The notes under the pieces were generated by a model that saw nothing but the letters and a program-made list of their open reading frames with translations, was not told the DNA's origin and searched no databases. Shown piece after piece: positions 63,701 through 64,000 of a DNA stretch of 64,000 bases. Both the position numbers and the translations under genes were made by a program. Origin of the DNA: Isurus oxyrinchus. Taxonomy: Eukaryota. Location of the stretch: assembly GCA_026770705.1 (NCBI GenBank), contig JANJGN010000021.1, positions 99,324,001-99,388,000 of the forward strand. Reading direction: 5' to 3'. Numbering within the stretch: the first letter of the stretch is position 1; the number at the start of each line of letters is the position of its first letter.

Positions 63701-64000
63701 CCTAGCATAGATAGCATAGAAATGAACCCCTTGAGGCCTACATTGAGACCCTCAACATATATGGTGGCAGCAGACCGTAAGAGACCACAACTGTGTCTAA
63801 TATGGAATGCACCCAACAGACCAGTCTTTTTTTAGTGTCAGTTCATACATATAAACTACGGATTAATAGTGAAGAAATTTTACTTCAAATCTGCTTTACC
63901 AATCTATGGAATTATTCAGGATGCTGGAAGTGATGGAGAAAACAGGGGTAGAATGGAGACCAGACTGTTCTGGTTGAAAATGATCTAACATTTTGAAGCA

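Overview
This is eukaryotic (vertebrate) DNA, most likely from a cartilaginous fish. I infer that from the CR1/L2/Penelope/Gypsy/Harbinger/SINE repeat content and a shark-type MHC class I alpha3 exon. Most of the window is transposon-derived. Host-gene content: (1) the 3' half of an MHC class I-like gene on the minus strand (alpha3, TM and cytoplasmic exons); its alpha3 donor site is lost, so the frame reads through to ...WDKEL* followed by AATAAA, and its TM exon has a stop. (2) A 14-finger C2H2 zinc-finger gene on the plus strand. (3) A coding exon of a stonustoxin/verrucotoxin-like pore-forming protein gene. The main finding is in the zinc-finger gene. Its coding sequence is split in the middle of finger 8 by a 2,931-bp decayed CR1 LINE. 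The 8-bp target-site duplication (TCCAGGTA) supplies both a GT donor and an AG acceptor, so splicing would restore the reading frame exactly. This is an apparent retrotransposon-created spliceosomal intron. Other points: a ~2.2-kb spacerless Penelope palindrome with a TSD and hammerhead-like motifs, two near full-length CR1s with 5' monomer arrays, Gypsy relics and several minisatellites. All identifications come from reading the sequence; no database searches were run.
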